From Candidatus Heimdallarchaeum aukensis (GTDB lineage Archaea; Asgardarchaeota; Heimdallarchaeia; Heimdallarchaeales; Heimdallarchaeaceae): a stretch of DNA of 64,000 bases. This document shows positions 38,033 to 47,169 of this stretch, in pieces; positions within the stretch are counted from its first letter, which is position 1, and the number at the start of each line of letters is the position of its first letter. Below the pieces are notes generated by a model. The model had not been told where the DNA came from. It did not search any database and saw nothing but the letters and a program-made list of their open reading frames with translations. A program made the translations under genes and the position numbers. The stretch covers positions 2,400,001 through 2,464,000 of the forward strand of contig CP084166.1 of the NCBI GenBank assembly GCA_021513695.1, in the 5' to 3' direction.

Positions 38033-38562
38033 AATAGTTCTTTCATACGTAGGTCAAAGAATGTGCTTGTATGTGCAGGTTTAATTACCCAAGCAGTATC
38101 AGCTCCTCTTCCTGTTCCGCCTACAGAAATGACATCTTCCATTTTTATTAATCCTGCATCAGCAGCCATTAAAACTATCTCTGCTGCAACTTTTGTTCCT
38201 TGACCAAAAATGCGAAGGGTTTCAGCAATTAATTCCGAAATTTGCCAAGTACCATGCTTTTTTCGAATAGCTCTATCAATTCCCGCTAAAGCATGAGTAG
38301 CAGTTAATACTTCAACTCCTTTTTCTTTTAATGATATAATCATCTCTTCAGAGATCTCCATCTCTCCTGGAGAACGAAAACCAGCTTGATGTGTAACAGC
38401 AATAATTCTAGCATTTTTAACATTCTCAGCAGCATATAACGCAGTCTGGCCTTTTGTAGTAGCTACAATAACAGTATCAATTGAGCTTTCTTTTAGTTTC
38501 TGATTAACAATTTCGAAAACCTTCTCTGAATAATTTCCTGTTTTTTCAAAATATACTGTCAT
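38011..38562 (-). CDS. Pyruvate kinase C-terminal (alpha/beta) domain-like protein
   Basis: 183 aa. VIVATTKGQTALYAAE...IIAVTHQAGF...GTKVAAEIVLMAADAGLI...VISVGGTGRGADTA fits the stand-alone archaeal PK_C-like family. Overlaps the next gene by 22 nt. Confidence 0.55.
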   Translation of the reverse strand: MTVYFEKTGNYSEKVFEIVNQKLKESSIDTVIVATTKGQTALYAAENVKNARIIAVTHQAGFRSPGEMEISEEMIISLKEKGVEVLTATHALAGIDRAIRKKHGTWQISELIAETLRIFGQGTKVAAEIVLMAADAGLIKMEDVISVGGTGRGADTAWVIKPAHTSTFFDLRMKELLCKPRDF

Positions 38563-38654
38563 TAAATAAAATAAAAAAAATTGTTTTATAAAGTTTCTAT
38601 AAAATTATTTTATTTCTGAGAAGATATATAAATAACTATTTTATTAGTTAAATT

Positions 38655-39071
38655 GTGGTAAATGTGTCGATGTCATTTGAAATTAATGAAGCAAAGTATA
38701 ATCCTTTGAAATTATCAGTAAGAAAAATAATCATACCAAAAGGCCAAGAAGAAATCATTGATAGATTAAAAGGTTGTATCTCTGCAGCATTAATAGGGTT
38801 ATCAAAAGAAGTAATTTACACACTGTTAATATTAGCAAAACGTGAATGGGAAAAAGCAAATATGAAACCATTAAATGATTTCAGATTTATGCATGTCAAT
38901 GAAAGAATCAAAGCGTTTGATGAAATGATAAAAACATTCATAGTACATTTAAACACTGTTTTGGTAAACCCATTAGATGAGAGTCAACAAGAATTTCTAA
39001 GAAAGAATGCTCTAACAAATTATAAAGATATACTAGAAACAGAAGGATACGTTGTTACCTATGAAATTTGA
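38655..39071 (+). CDS. Hypothetical helical protein
   Basis: 138-aa ORF (GTG 38655 or ATG 38670). No recognisable motif. Confidence 0.45.
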   Translation: MVNVSMSFEINEAKYNPLKLSVRKIIIPKGQEEIIDRLKGCISAALIGLSKEVIYTLLILAKREWEKANMKPLNDFRFMHVNERIKAFDEMIKTFIVHLNTVLVNPLDESQQEFLRKNALTNYKDILETEGYVVTYEI

Positions 39072-39167
39072 TTTAAAAAAAGTTAAGTTATTTATTGTTC
39101 CAATCTATTAAAGGAAAAATACTGAAATTTGGGAAAAGCATAAATAATAAATTTCTTTTAAACTTGT

Positions 39168-41786
39168 ATGAAACTAAAGAAATTTATGGTATTTTTAGTT
39201 ATTCTATCTATTCTAACGATAAATTTTACTCTTCTACAAGGTATGGCTGACACACCACAAAATATTCTGATTTTATCGGAAGAAATAGATGATTCTCTAA
39301 AGGATAGATTTCAACTTGATCCTTCCTTTTCTGTAACTATACAATCACAACTCACAGGTTCACTTGATGGTTATTCTGGAATAATCTTGTATGATTATGC
39401 TCCTAAAAGTTCAGAATATAACCAAATTTTATCTTTCTCTGGGGGTATTGCTAGTTTCATTGGTGCTTCATTATTGTCTAACAGCTCAATTTTACTTGGT
39501 CTAAATATGATATCGGACTCTGTTGGAGAATTAATTAATACAACAGCTCTTCCAGAACCAATAGATCAAAAATCAGAACATGAACTCATAGCAAATATTA
39601 GATGGAACTCTGTTGTTCAAATTAGAAACTTTACGAGCTTACCACTGGCAAACACAATTCTAATTGAAACTTCTTCAGAAAGTAAAACACCAAACATTCC
39701 ACTTGTTAGTACTAATAATGATAATTCACGTATAGCTATTAATTTTCTTCCCAGTGAGCAGGCAAATAGCGAATTTATCCAATGGCCCTATTTTAATTAC
39801 TTCTTAAACATAATACTTAATCTAATTACGTCACAAAAACCACAATCTTACGCAGATTGGCCTTATTCTCCTGTTCCACATAAGTCAGCAACGATAGGTT
39901 TGGGTTTAATGGTATTACTCACTTCAGCTATCACTATTGCTGTGTATATTTTTGTAAAACGCTATTCCTCTAGGAACCCTATCAAAGAAGAAGACTTAGA
40001 AGAAATAAGTAAGGAAATAAAAGAAGAAAAAGACTGGGAAGATATTGGAATGCATAGACAGTTGGCAGGTTTCTTTGTCCAACTGTTTATTGGTTTGCTT
40101 ATAATTCTCCCCAATGTTGTTATGTCTTCTCTAATTTTTCCTCTCTACATTCTTCCAAGTCCTCAAGCAGCAGGATTTTATGATTTTACAATTCGGTTTT
40201 TTGAAGTATTATGGTTGATGTTTGATATTGGTACCTCTGTTGTACTCGTGAAATTCTTTAGTCAACATAGAGTAAAAAACCCACAACAAGCAGTAAAATA
40301 TATTCAAATTTTTATTTATTATCAGATGATTAGTGGGGTACTTCAACTCTTCTTAGTTTCCTTTATTGGTTCAATTTTCTTTCCTCGTTCCTTCTTAGCT
40401 CATTTAAGCTGGCTCTTTGTGACCCATGCTTTCTTCCAGTGGCCTGCGTTTTTTGTTGTTTTCATGCTAATTTTCCAAGCAATGAATCGACATGACATGT
40501 ATCAGATTCTCAACATTCTCCTATATGGAGTATTCAATATCACAATTCAGTATGGTGTTATAGTTATTTTTAGAGTTACTCTAGGAAAAAATCCTATTTT
40601 TGGTGATGGTTTAGCTGGAGCAATTGGATACAGTGTTGGAAATTATGTGATACAAGTAGTTACATTTCTTTTAGGACTATGGATGTTTAAACGCCAAAAA
40701 TTCTCTCTCAAAAGTATATTCAGAATCGATTTTTCTATGGCCGAGATTAAGGAGTCTCTAAGTTTCGGTTTTAAGTGGATGATAGGAAATATTCTTCCTC
40801 CATTAGGTTGGTTTGCGCAAATGTTTCTCCTTTCAACTTTTCTCCCTAACTATACTGAACAACAAGGTTATTTCTCTCTTGCATGGAATTTTGCATTAAT
40901 AGTCATGATAGCTGGGTTGTTTGCACAATCAATTTTACCTGGAGTTTCAGAATCATATCATGGAAAGAAAAAAGTACTAACAAGATACTACACACTAAAC
41001 TCTTTGAAGTGGGGAGCATACTTTGACTGGTTCTTTGTTTCTGCGCTATTAGCTATTGGTCCTCGTTTCATCATAGGAGGAGCGGGAGAAGAATGGGCTT
41101 CTGCAGCAATTATTATACGGTGGATACTCTTATTCCATTTCTTTGGATATTTATCTTGGATTGGAGATTGGATGTTTGCAGGTTCTGATCGTCCTGGTTG
41201 GGCTGCAATAAGTTGGGTAATAGAACAAGTAATAAGAACAGGATTACTTGTTGCGTTCATTCCAGCATATAAATTCTTTACAATTCACTTCAATTCTCCT
41301 ATGATTGGAGTACTTTTTGCATATATTCCCGCTCTAATTATAAAGAATGCATTTATGTGGTGGGGTATACGTAGAGACGACTTTTTCAAGTTCAGATGGA
41401 AAGACCTCTGGTATCAAGGTGTAGTAACTCCTTTACTTTCTGCTCTAGCATTGTTTAGTGTACTTGAACTACTATTTACAGTAATTTGGAAAGGAGAGAT
41501 AATTACATCAGTCGTAATTCTGTTAATTGGAATAATACCAGGACTTTACCTTTTTGCGTTCTTTATGGGACTATTCGGTGGATTTGATGATAACACATTA
41601 ACAGAACTCAAGAGAAGTACAGATATGGTTAAAGGAGTAGGATTTATGGCTAGACCCCTTTACAAACTTACAGAATGGGGGACGAAGATTTCTCCACTTC
41701 ATAACAGATTCCCTATCTCTATATACAATGAGGCCATTAAAGAAGCAGAGGAATTAACAAAAGAAAAAGCTAAACTCGTAATATAG
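39168..41786 (+). CDS. Large polytopic membrane protein with N-terminal extracytoplasmic domain (possibly MOP/Wzx flippase-like core)
   Basis: 872 aa. Signal/anchor MKLKKFMVFLVILSILTINFTLL, a ~230-aa soluble domain, then at least 12 hydrophobic helices. The functional call is weak. Confidence 0.6.
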   Translation: MKLKKFMVFLVILSILTINFTLLQGMADTPQNILILSEEIDDSLKDRFQLDPSFSVTIQSQLTGSLDGYSGIILYDYAPKSSEYNQILSFSGGIASFIGASLLSNSSILLGLNMISDSVGELINTTALPEPIDQKSEHELIANIRWNSVVQIRNFTSLPLANTILIETSSESKTPNIPLVSTNNDNSRIAINFLPSEQANSEFIQWPYFNYFLNIILNLITSQKPQSYADWPYSPVPHKSATIGLGLMVLLTSAITIAVYIFVKRYSSRNPIKEEDLEEISKEIKEEKDWEDIGMHRQLAGFFVQLFIGLLIILPNVVMSSLIFPLYILPSPQAAGFYDFTIRFFEVLWLMFDIGTSVVLVKFFSQHRVKNPQQAVKYIQIFIYYQMISGVLQLFLVSFIGSIFFPRSFLAHLSWLFVTHAFFQWPAFFVVFMLIFQAMNRHDMYQILNILLYGVFNITIQYGVIVIFRVTLGKNPIFGDGLAGAIGYSVGNYVIQVVTFLLGLWMFKRQKFSLKSIFRIDFSMAEIKESLSFGFKWMIGNILPPLGWFAQMFLLSTFLPNYTEQQGYFSLAWNFALIVMIAGLFAQSILPGVSESYHGKKKVLTRYYTLNSLKWGAYFDWFFVSALLAIGPRFIIGGAGEEWASAAIIIRWILLFHFFGYLSWIGDWMFAGSDRPGWAAISWVIEQVIRTGLLVAFIPAYKFFTIHFNSPMIGVLFAYIPALIIKNAFMWWGIRRDDFFKFRWKDLWYQGVVTPLLSALALFSVLELLFTVIWKGEIITSVVILLIGIIPGLYLFAFFMGLFGGFDDNTLTELKRSTDMVKGVGFMARPLYKLTEWGTKISPLHNRFPISIYNEAIKEAEELTKEKAKLVI

Positions 41787-41789
41787 CCA

Positions 41790-42263
41790 CTATATTTTTT
41801 TACTTTTATTTTTTTTATATTTTAGAATTGTTTGTTTTACCCAATTTTCGACCTCTTGATCATTTAACAATTCGTCACAATAATCCCAATATTCTCCTGC
41901 TAAAAGTCCCATCAGAGCAATTTTTTTGAATTTGCTAGGTTTTTTTGGTGTCAATACAAACAAGAAAAGGTATCTTGCTGCTTTATTTCTTATTTTTTTA
42001 ATATCTACATTATCTGAAAAAATTATTTCCTCATCTCGTATAGTTACAGCAACATCAGCACTCATAGTAGTTAAATTAGCTATCTTAACTAAAGAGAGTA
42101 AAGCATAATTTCGTATCCAATCTATGCGAGAAAAAGTTAATGCATGGTGATAAAGAGAAGAAACACAACCATTTTTTATTAACTCTCGCATAGCTTGTTT
42201 CCTTGTTTTGTCTCCTGATGAAGGTCTTACAATTAACTCATCAAACTCTTTACAATTGTTCAT
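41790..42263 (-). CDS. Hypothetical helical-repeat (HEAT-like) protein
   Basis: 157 aa. RKQAMRELIKNGCVSSLYHHAL...IRNYALLSLVKIANL looks HEAT/PBS-lyase-repeat-like. Weak. Confidence 0.4.
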   Translation of the reverse strand: MNNCKEFDELIVRPSSGDKTRKQAMRELIKNGCVSSLYHHALTFSRIDWIRNYALLSLVKIANLTTMSADVAVTIRDEEIIFSDNVDIKKIRNKAARYLFLFVLTPKKPSKFKKIALMGLLAGEYWDYCDELLNDQEVENWVKQTILKYKKNKSKKI

Positions 42264-42314
42264 TGTTATTAGTTGATTTTTTAAAAAGATAAAAGTTGCT
42301 GTGGAATAGAATAA

Positions 42315-44492
42315 TTATTTTTTATATTCAAATTTTTCTGACACTCTAATGTCTCTAGATGAGAAACCTATAAGCAACTCAAATGTTCCTTCTTCTACTT
42401 TCCATTGATGTGATTGGGGGTCGTAGTATTGTAAATGTTCTCTGTTGAAATTAAACTGAATTTGTTTTTCTTCTCCTTCTTTAAGTGATATCTTAGCAAA
42501 ACCTTTTAGTTCCTTAAAGGGACGAATTAACGAGCAATCAACATCTCGAATATAAGCTTGAACCACAACTTTTCCACCTCTTTTCCCTGTGTTTCTAACC
42601 TTAAGTGTTGCTTGTATGGTTTCATTTCCTTTGAAACTTTTCTTGTTCAAAGTAAGGTTGTCACAATCAAAAGAAGTGAATGATAGACCATGACCGAACG
42701 GAAATTGGGGTTCTATATTCTGAGTATCGAAGTGTCTGTATCCTATCATTATTCCTTCCTTATAATTCATTGTTGTTGAAACAAAAAAGCGGTTTTTTTC
42801 TTTTGTATTTTGCTTTAAATGTTTAATTTTTTGATTAAGGTAGTCATCTGCATAATTTTTGACAGTAGAAAAGTCATTCCATCTCTTTGCCATTGTGAAA
42901 GGAAGTTTGCCTGAAGGGTTAACTTTTCCTAAAATAACTTCTGCTACAGGAATTGCTGCATTTTGCCCAAGGTAAAAACTGTGAATAATAGCTTCGACTG
43001 AGTTTAACCAACTTTCAGTTTCAAATCCTCCTCCAGCATTTACTACTACGATTATTTGTTTATTCAGTTCTGCTACTTTTTTGATCAATTTGGATTGATT
43101 TTGAACAAATTCCCAAGGTCTATCTAACGTTTCTGTTTCTTCCCATTCAGTAAAACCTGTACAAATAATAACTTTATCTGCTTCTTTTATTAGCTGTTGA
43201 TCCTTTTTTGTGATCTTATCTCTGTTTGACTTAATTGGAATAAAGTTGATGTTTGGAGCTAATTCCACTAGAGCTTCAAAAATACTCTTAGAATTAGGCA
43301 CATGAACATAGCATGACCCTCCTCCACTTGTGGGTGTTTTAAATGCGTTTCTTCCCAAAACAGCTATATTCTGTTCTTTCAGTGCATCAATTGGAAGACT
43401 ATTTATTTCATTTTTTAGCAAGACAATACTCTCTCTTGCAATTTCAAGGGCGATTTCATTATTTTTTTCTATCAAACTTTCAAAGTTTATTTTTTCTTTT
43501 CTCCTTCCGTATACACCCATTTCGAAAAATACTTTGAGGATATTTCTAACTTTAGAGTCAATCTCATCAAAGGAAGAAATGTTAGTACTCATGTGTTTCT
43601 TTTGTAAGTAATTAAGAATCTTTGTAACTGTGTAATGTTTAGCTTCTGGCATTTCAATATCTAAACCAGCTTCTAATGGTCCTTCAGTACTATAAACCGA
43701 ATCCCAATCAGATATTATAATTCCATCAAATTTCCACTTATTTCGCAAAATTTCAGTAAGTAGTTCTTTGTTCTCACTACAATGAACTCCATTAACTAAA
43801 TTGTATGCAGACATAATAGCTTTGGCTTTTCCTTTTTGAACAGCAGCTTTGAAAGCTGGAAAATATATCTCGTGAAGAGTTCTTTCATCAATAATAACGT
43901 TAGTTGAATGTCTTTTGTATTCGGAGTTGTTTGCTACAAAGTGCTTAACTGTTGCTATAATGCCTGTTTCTTGTAATCCTTGGACATAAGGAACAACAAG
44001 CTCAGAAGCTAAAAAAGGATCTTCTCCCATATACTCAAAATTTCTTCCATTAGTAGGAACTCGATAAATATTTACTCCTGGACCAAGTAAAACAGATATG
44101 TCTTTTGCTCTACACTCCTCACCTATTGCCTTAGCAACTTTGAAAATCAAATCTCTATTCCAACTTGCAGTCATAGCTATCAATGATGGAAAAGCCGTTG
44201 ACCTTCCATAAGTTCGAATACCAGAAGACGCATCTGTAGTCCAGACACGAGGAAGTTTTAAACGTTCAACACCAGAAATAGCAAAAATTTCTTCTCCAGA
44301 AAGAAGATTTATTTTTTCATTAAGTGTTAATTTATTTATAAGATATTCAACTTTTTCTTCTGTTGTTTCGAGTGAAAAAAATTCCTGTTTTCTAATTTCT
44401 TCATTAAGTTTAATGTCAGGTTCAAGTTTCTGGCTGAAATCAGGAGGAGAAGTAAAGATATGGTGAAGTATAACTTTTAATAATTTGTTCAT
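42315..44492 (-). CDS. Beta-glucosidase, glycoside hydrolase family 3 (BglX-like), cytoplasmic
   Basis: GH3 patterns KHFVANNSEYKRH and GIIISDWDSV (nucleophile Asp in SDW), C-terminal alpha/beta sandwich and FnIII-like domain (GHGLSFTSF). No signal peptide. Confidence 0.88.
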   Translation of the reverse strand: MNKLLKVILHHIFTSPPDFSQKLEPDIKLNEEIRKQEFFSLETTEEKVEYLINKLTLNEKINLLSGEEIFAISGVERLKLPRVWTTDASSGIRTYGRSTAFPSLIAMTASWNRDLIFKVAKAIGEECRAKDISVLLGPGVNIYRVPTNGRNFEYMGEDPFLASELVVPYVQGLQETGIIATVKHFVANNSEYKRHSTNVIIDERTLHEIYFPAFKAAVQKGKAKAIMSAYNLVNGVHCSENKELLTEILRNKWKFDGIIISDWDSVYSTEGPLEAGLDIEMPEAKHYTVTKILNYLQKKHMSTNISSFDEIDSKVRNILKVFFEMGVYGRRKEKINFESLIEKNNEIALEIARESIVLLKNEINSLPIDALKEQNIAVLGRNAFKTPTSGGGSCYVHVPNSKSIFEALVELAPNINFIPIKSNRDKITKKDQQLIKEADKVIICTGFTEWEETETLDRPWEFVQNQSKLIKKVAELNKQIIVVVNAGGGFETESWLNSVEAIIHSFYLGQNAAIPVAEVILGKVNPSGKLPFTMAKRWNDFSTVKNYADDYLNQKIKHLKQNTKEKNRFFVSTTMNYKEGIMIGYRHFDTQNIEPQFPFGHGLSFTSFDCDNLTLNKKSFKGNETIQATLKVRNTGKRGGKVVVQAYIRDVDCSLIRPFKELKGFAKISLKEGEEKQIQFNFNREHLQYYDPQSHQWKVEEGTFELLIGFSSRDIRVSEKFEYKK

Positions 44493-44601
44493 TTATATTA
44501 TAAAAACTAAAAGAATAGTTAAGTGTTATTATTACTATAGTTTGATTATTTATTAAAAAAAAAGACAAATGTTTTTAATAAAAAGTGCAAATTAAATAAC
44601 G

Positions 44602-45675
44602 ATGATAACTCCTTCAATATTTGCATTTTCTTTCCTAATAGAATCAACATTGTTGCTAGGATTTACTACCTATATTTTCATGAAAACCTATCTACAAATC
44701 AAGCACATATCTAATCTTCTAATGAGTATTGGGACAGGATTAGTGATGATTTCCTATTTCGTATCTTTTGGAATGGATTTTATTGATCAAACTGATGTTC
44801 AATCAGCTAAAATAATTTTGTCAATTACAAACATGATAATAACCATAGGTCTATTTTTTATTGCTCTATCTTTATTCTATATAAAATCAAAATATTTCAA
44901 CATCGCAGCAATTGTAGGTTCTTTTCTTGTTGGAATTGCGTTTATTACAGTTTCAAACACTGATAATCTAAGAATGTATTACAATGAAAAAGTTAATTTT
45001 TGGATTAATGACTATACAAAATATGCTAATATATTAATGAGTTCTATTTTTCTTGTTATTTTTATTTTAATTGCTTTGTATGTTACTGAAAAAATAAGAT
45101 ACATAGTAAATAAGAAAAAATTGTTCTCTTTCACTGTTCTTGGAATTTTTATTGCTTTTATATGGTTAGCAATAATTTCTATTCCTGGAGTATATATTTA
45201 CAGAGTCTATATTCTTCCTTTAGCACTATTTTTTATTGGTTTAGATAATTTATTTAATCCTCTAAGTCTGATAGTTTCTCATAACAAGCCAAGAGAAATC
45301 TTTCTTCTTTCAAGAACAAATGTTCCCCTTGTTGGTTATGACTACAGAAAACAAGAGAAAATAAATGATTTGAGTGATATTCGAATACTTAGAGTAAGTC
45401 AGCTACTTATAGAAGAGAAAGTAGGAGAAACAAAAGATGCCCACTTCTCTGCGAAACAAGGAGAATTAATATCCATAGCTTATGAGTGCTTTATTTTAAC
45501 AACAATTGCCAAGGAAATAGACCCTAATTTAAAATCTGTGCTCTATCTAACTTTGCAGAGGTTTTGTGATTGTATAAATTATTCAGTGTTTATATCTTCT
45601 GAAGTTTTAAAGAAAGATGAAGAAGAAAAGTTTCTTATGATTCTAAAAAGCAATCTAGATGCAATATTGTATTAA
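44602..45675 (+). CDS. 7TM membrane module fused to a Roadblock/longin-like cytoplasmic domain, paralog A
   Basis: Seven hydrophobic segments in aa 5-218. C-terminal ~130 aa: EIFLLSRTNVPLVGYDY...DIRILRVSQLLIEEKVGETK...GELISIAYECFILTTIAKEIDPNLKSVLYLTLQRF. The fold assignment is inferred from the strand/helix pattern. Confidence 0.6.
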   Translation: MITPSIFAFSFLIESTLLLGFTTYIFMKTYLQIKHISNLLMSIGTGLVMISYFVSFGMDFIDQTDVQSAKIILSITNMIITIGLFFIALSLFYIKSKYFNIAAIVGSFLVGIAFITVSNTDNLRMYYNEKVNFWINDYTKYANILMSSIFLVIFILIALYVTEKIRYIVNKKKLFSFTVLGIFIAFIWLAIISIPGVYIYRVYILPLALFFIGLDNLFNPLSLIVSHNKPREIFLLSRTNVPLVGYDYRKQEKINDLSDIRILRVSQLLIEEKVGETKDAHFSAKQGELISIAYECFILTTIAKEIDPNLKSVLYLTLQRFCDCINYSVFISSEVLKKDEEEKFLMILKSNLDAILY

Positions 45676-45828
45676 AAAGCAAGTACATTCTTTTTTTTAT
45701 TAAAACTAAAAAATGTCTACACTTGTTAATTGAATACATAATTGAAAAAGTTTTAAAAAATTTTAAGAACCTGAACTTGCCTATAAACAAAAAAGAGCAT
45801 AATTTTTTTAAGTTAATTTCAGCATTTG

Positions 45829-46905
45829 ATGATGATGCTAGTTTCTCTATACTCCTTATCATACTTTATCGAAGCTATTCTGTTTTATGGCTTTACATCG
45901 CTTATTTTCATTAAAAGCTACTTGAAATTAAAGCATGTTTCTAACCTATTTATGAGTATTGGAACATTTTTTGTTCTGCTTTCTTATGGTCTGTCTTTTT
46001 CATTAGCTTTTATTAGCCCAGAAAATTTAGAAAAAGCTAAAAAAATTTTGGTAAGTACAAATATGTTACTTATACTTGGTGTTTATTTAATTTCTATAGC
46101 ACTCATCTATATAAAATCAAAATTTTTCAATGTTGCGGCTATTACGAATTCTTTTTTGATAGGAGTCGCTTTTATAACTCTTTCTCACATTGAAAATTTA
46201 ACAATGACCTACAATGAAAGGGTGAAATATTGGGAAACAGACTATTCAAAACATGCGACTATATTACTATGTTCAGCTTTTTTGTTTATCGCAATTATAA
46301 TCTCTCTTTATGTGGTTGAGAAATTAAAGTATGACATTAAAAAAAGAAAATTCATTTCATTAACAACATTGGGGATATTTACTTGGTTCATATGGATATT
46401 AATAGTTCCTATTCCCAGATTATACCTATATCGGATATTTATATTGCCTTTAGCGCTTTTTTTTGTTGGTTTAGATAATTTATTCAATCCTTTAAGTTTG
46501 ATTGTATCTTCAAACAAGCCAACAGAAATCTTTCTTCTTTCAAAAACTAATATCCCTCTTGTTGGTTATGATTATAATAAAAGAAAGAAAATAGAAGATT
46601 TAAACGATATTAGAATACTTAGAGTTAGCCAACTAGTCATAGAAGAAAAAGTAGGAGAAACAAAAAATGCGTACTTTCACGCAACAGAGGGAGAATTACT
46701 CTCAATTGCTTACGGAAATTATATTTTAACAACTATCGCTAAAAAAATAGATGCTAACTTGAAAACTGTGCTTTCTCTAACTTTAAGAAAGTTTAACTCA
46801 TATATTAATGTCTCATCAGAAAAAAATGCAGAGGAGTTAAAACAGGATGAAGAAAAGATGTTTCTTACGATTCTAAATAATTATCTGGACACAATCTTAC
46901 ATTAA
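45829..46905 (+). CDS. 7TM membrane module fused to a Roadblock/longin-like cytoplasmic domain, paralog B
   Basis: Collinear with paralog A along its full length (roughly 55-70 percent identity by eye). Identical blocks include FNPLSLIVS, PLVGYDY, DIRILRVSQL and EEKVGETK. Triple ATG at 45829-45837 after the track TTG at 45826. Confidence 0.6.
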   Translation: MMMLVSLYSLSYFIEAILFYGFTSLIFIKSYLKLKHVSNLFMSIGTFFVLLSYGLSFSLAFISPENLEKAKKILVSTNMLLILGVYLISIALIYIKSKFFNVAAITNSFLIGVAFITLSHIENLTMTYNERVKYWETDYSKHATILLCSAFLFIAIIISLYVVEKLKYDIKKRKFISLTTLGIFTWFIWILIVPIPRLYLYRIFILPLALFFVGLDNLFNPLSLIVSSNKPTEIFLLSKTNIPLVGYDYNKRKKIEDLNDIRILRVSQLVIEEKVGETKNAYFHATEGELLSIAYGNYILTTIAKKIDANLKTVLSLTLRKFNSYINVSSEKNAEELKQDEEKMFLTILNNYLDTILH

Positions 46906-47169
46906 AGAATCTTTTTTCTGCTGATTTTCTAATTTGGAAATATTTTTAAGTACTCAATAAGAACCTATTGTGATAACAATGGATCTCATCCTCTCCTTAT
47001 AGTGTGTTGCGAGGGGAACTCGCGCTAAGAAAAAATGTCATGAATTTTGATTAGATTAGCGGCGAGTAGAGAAATTGTTAGAGTTTTGTTTTTACTTAAA
47101 CTGAGCTACAATTTTACTTTTCTCATACTAGCTGTTTTCTAATCAAATTTTGTTTAATCAAAAACGGAG

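Noticed and set aside
45635-45914. Short ORFs (75 aa minus, 63 aa plus) in and around the spacer between the two 7TM paralogs
   Set aside because: They overlap the ends and starts of the well-supported paralog genes in other frames or strands, and they have no motifs.
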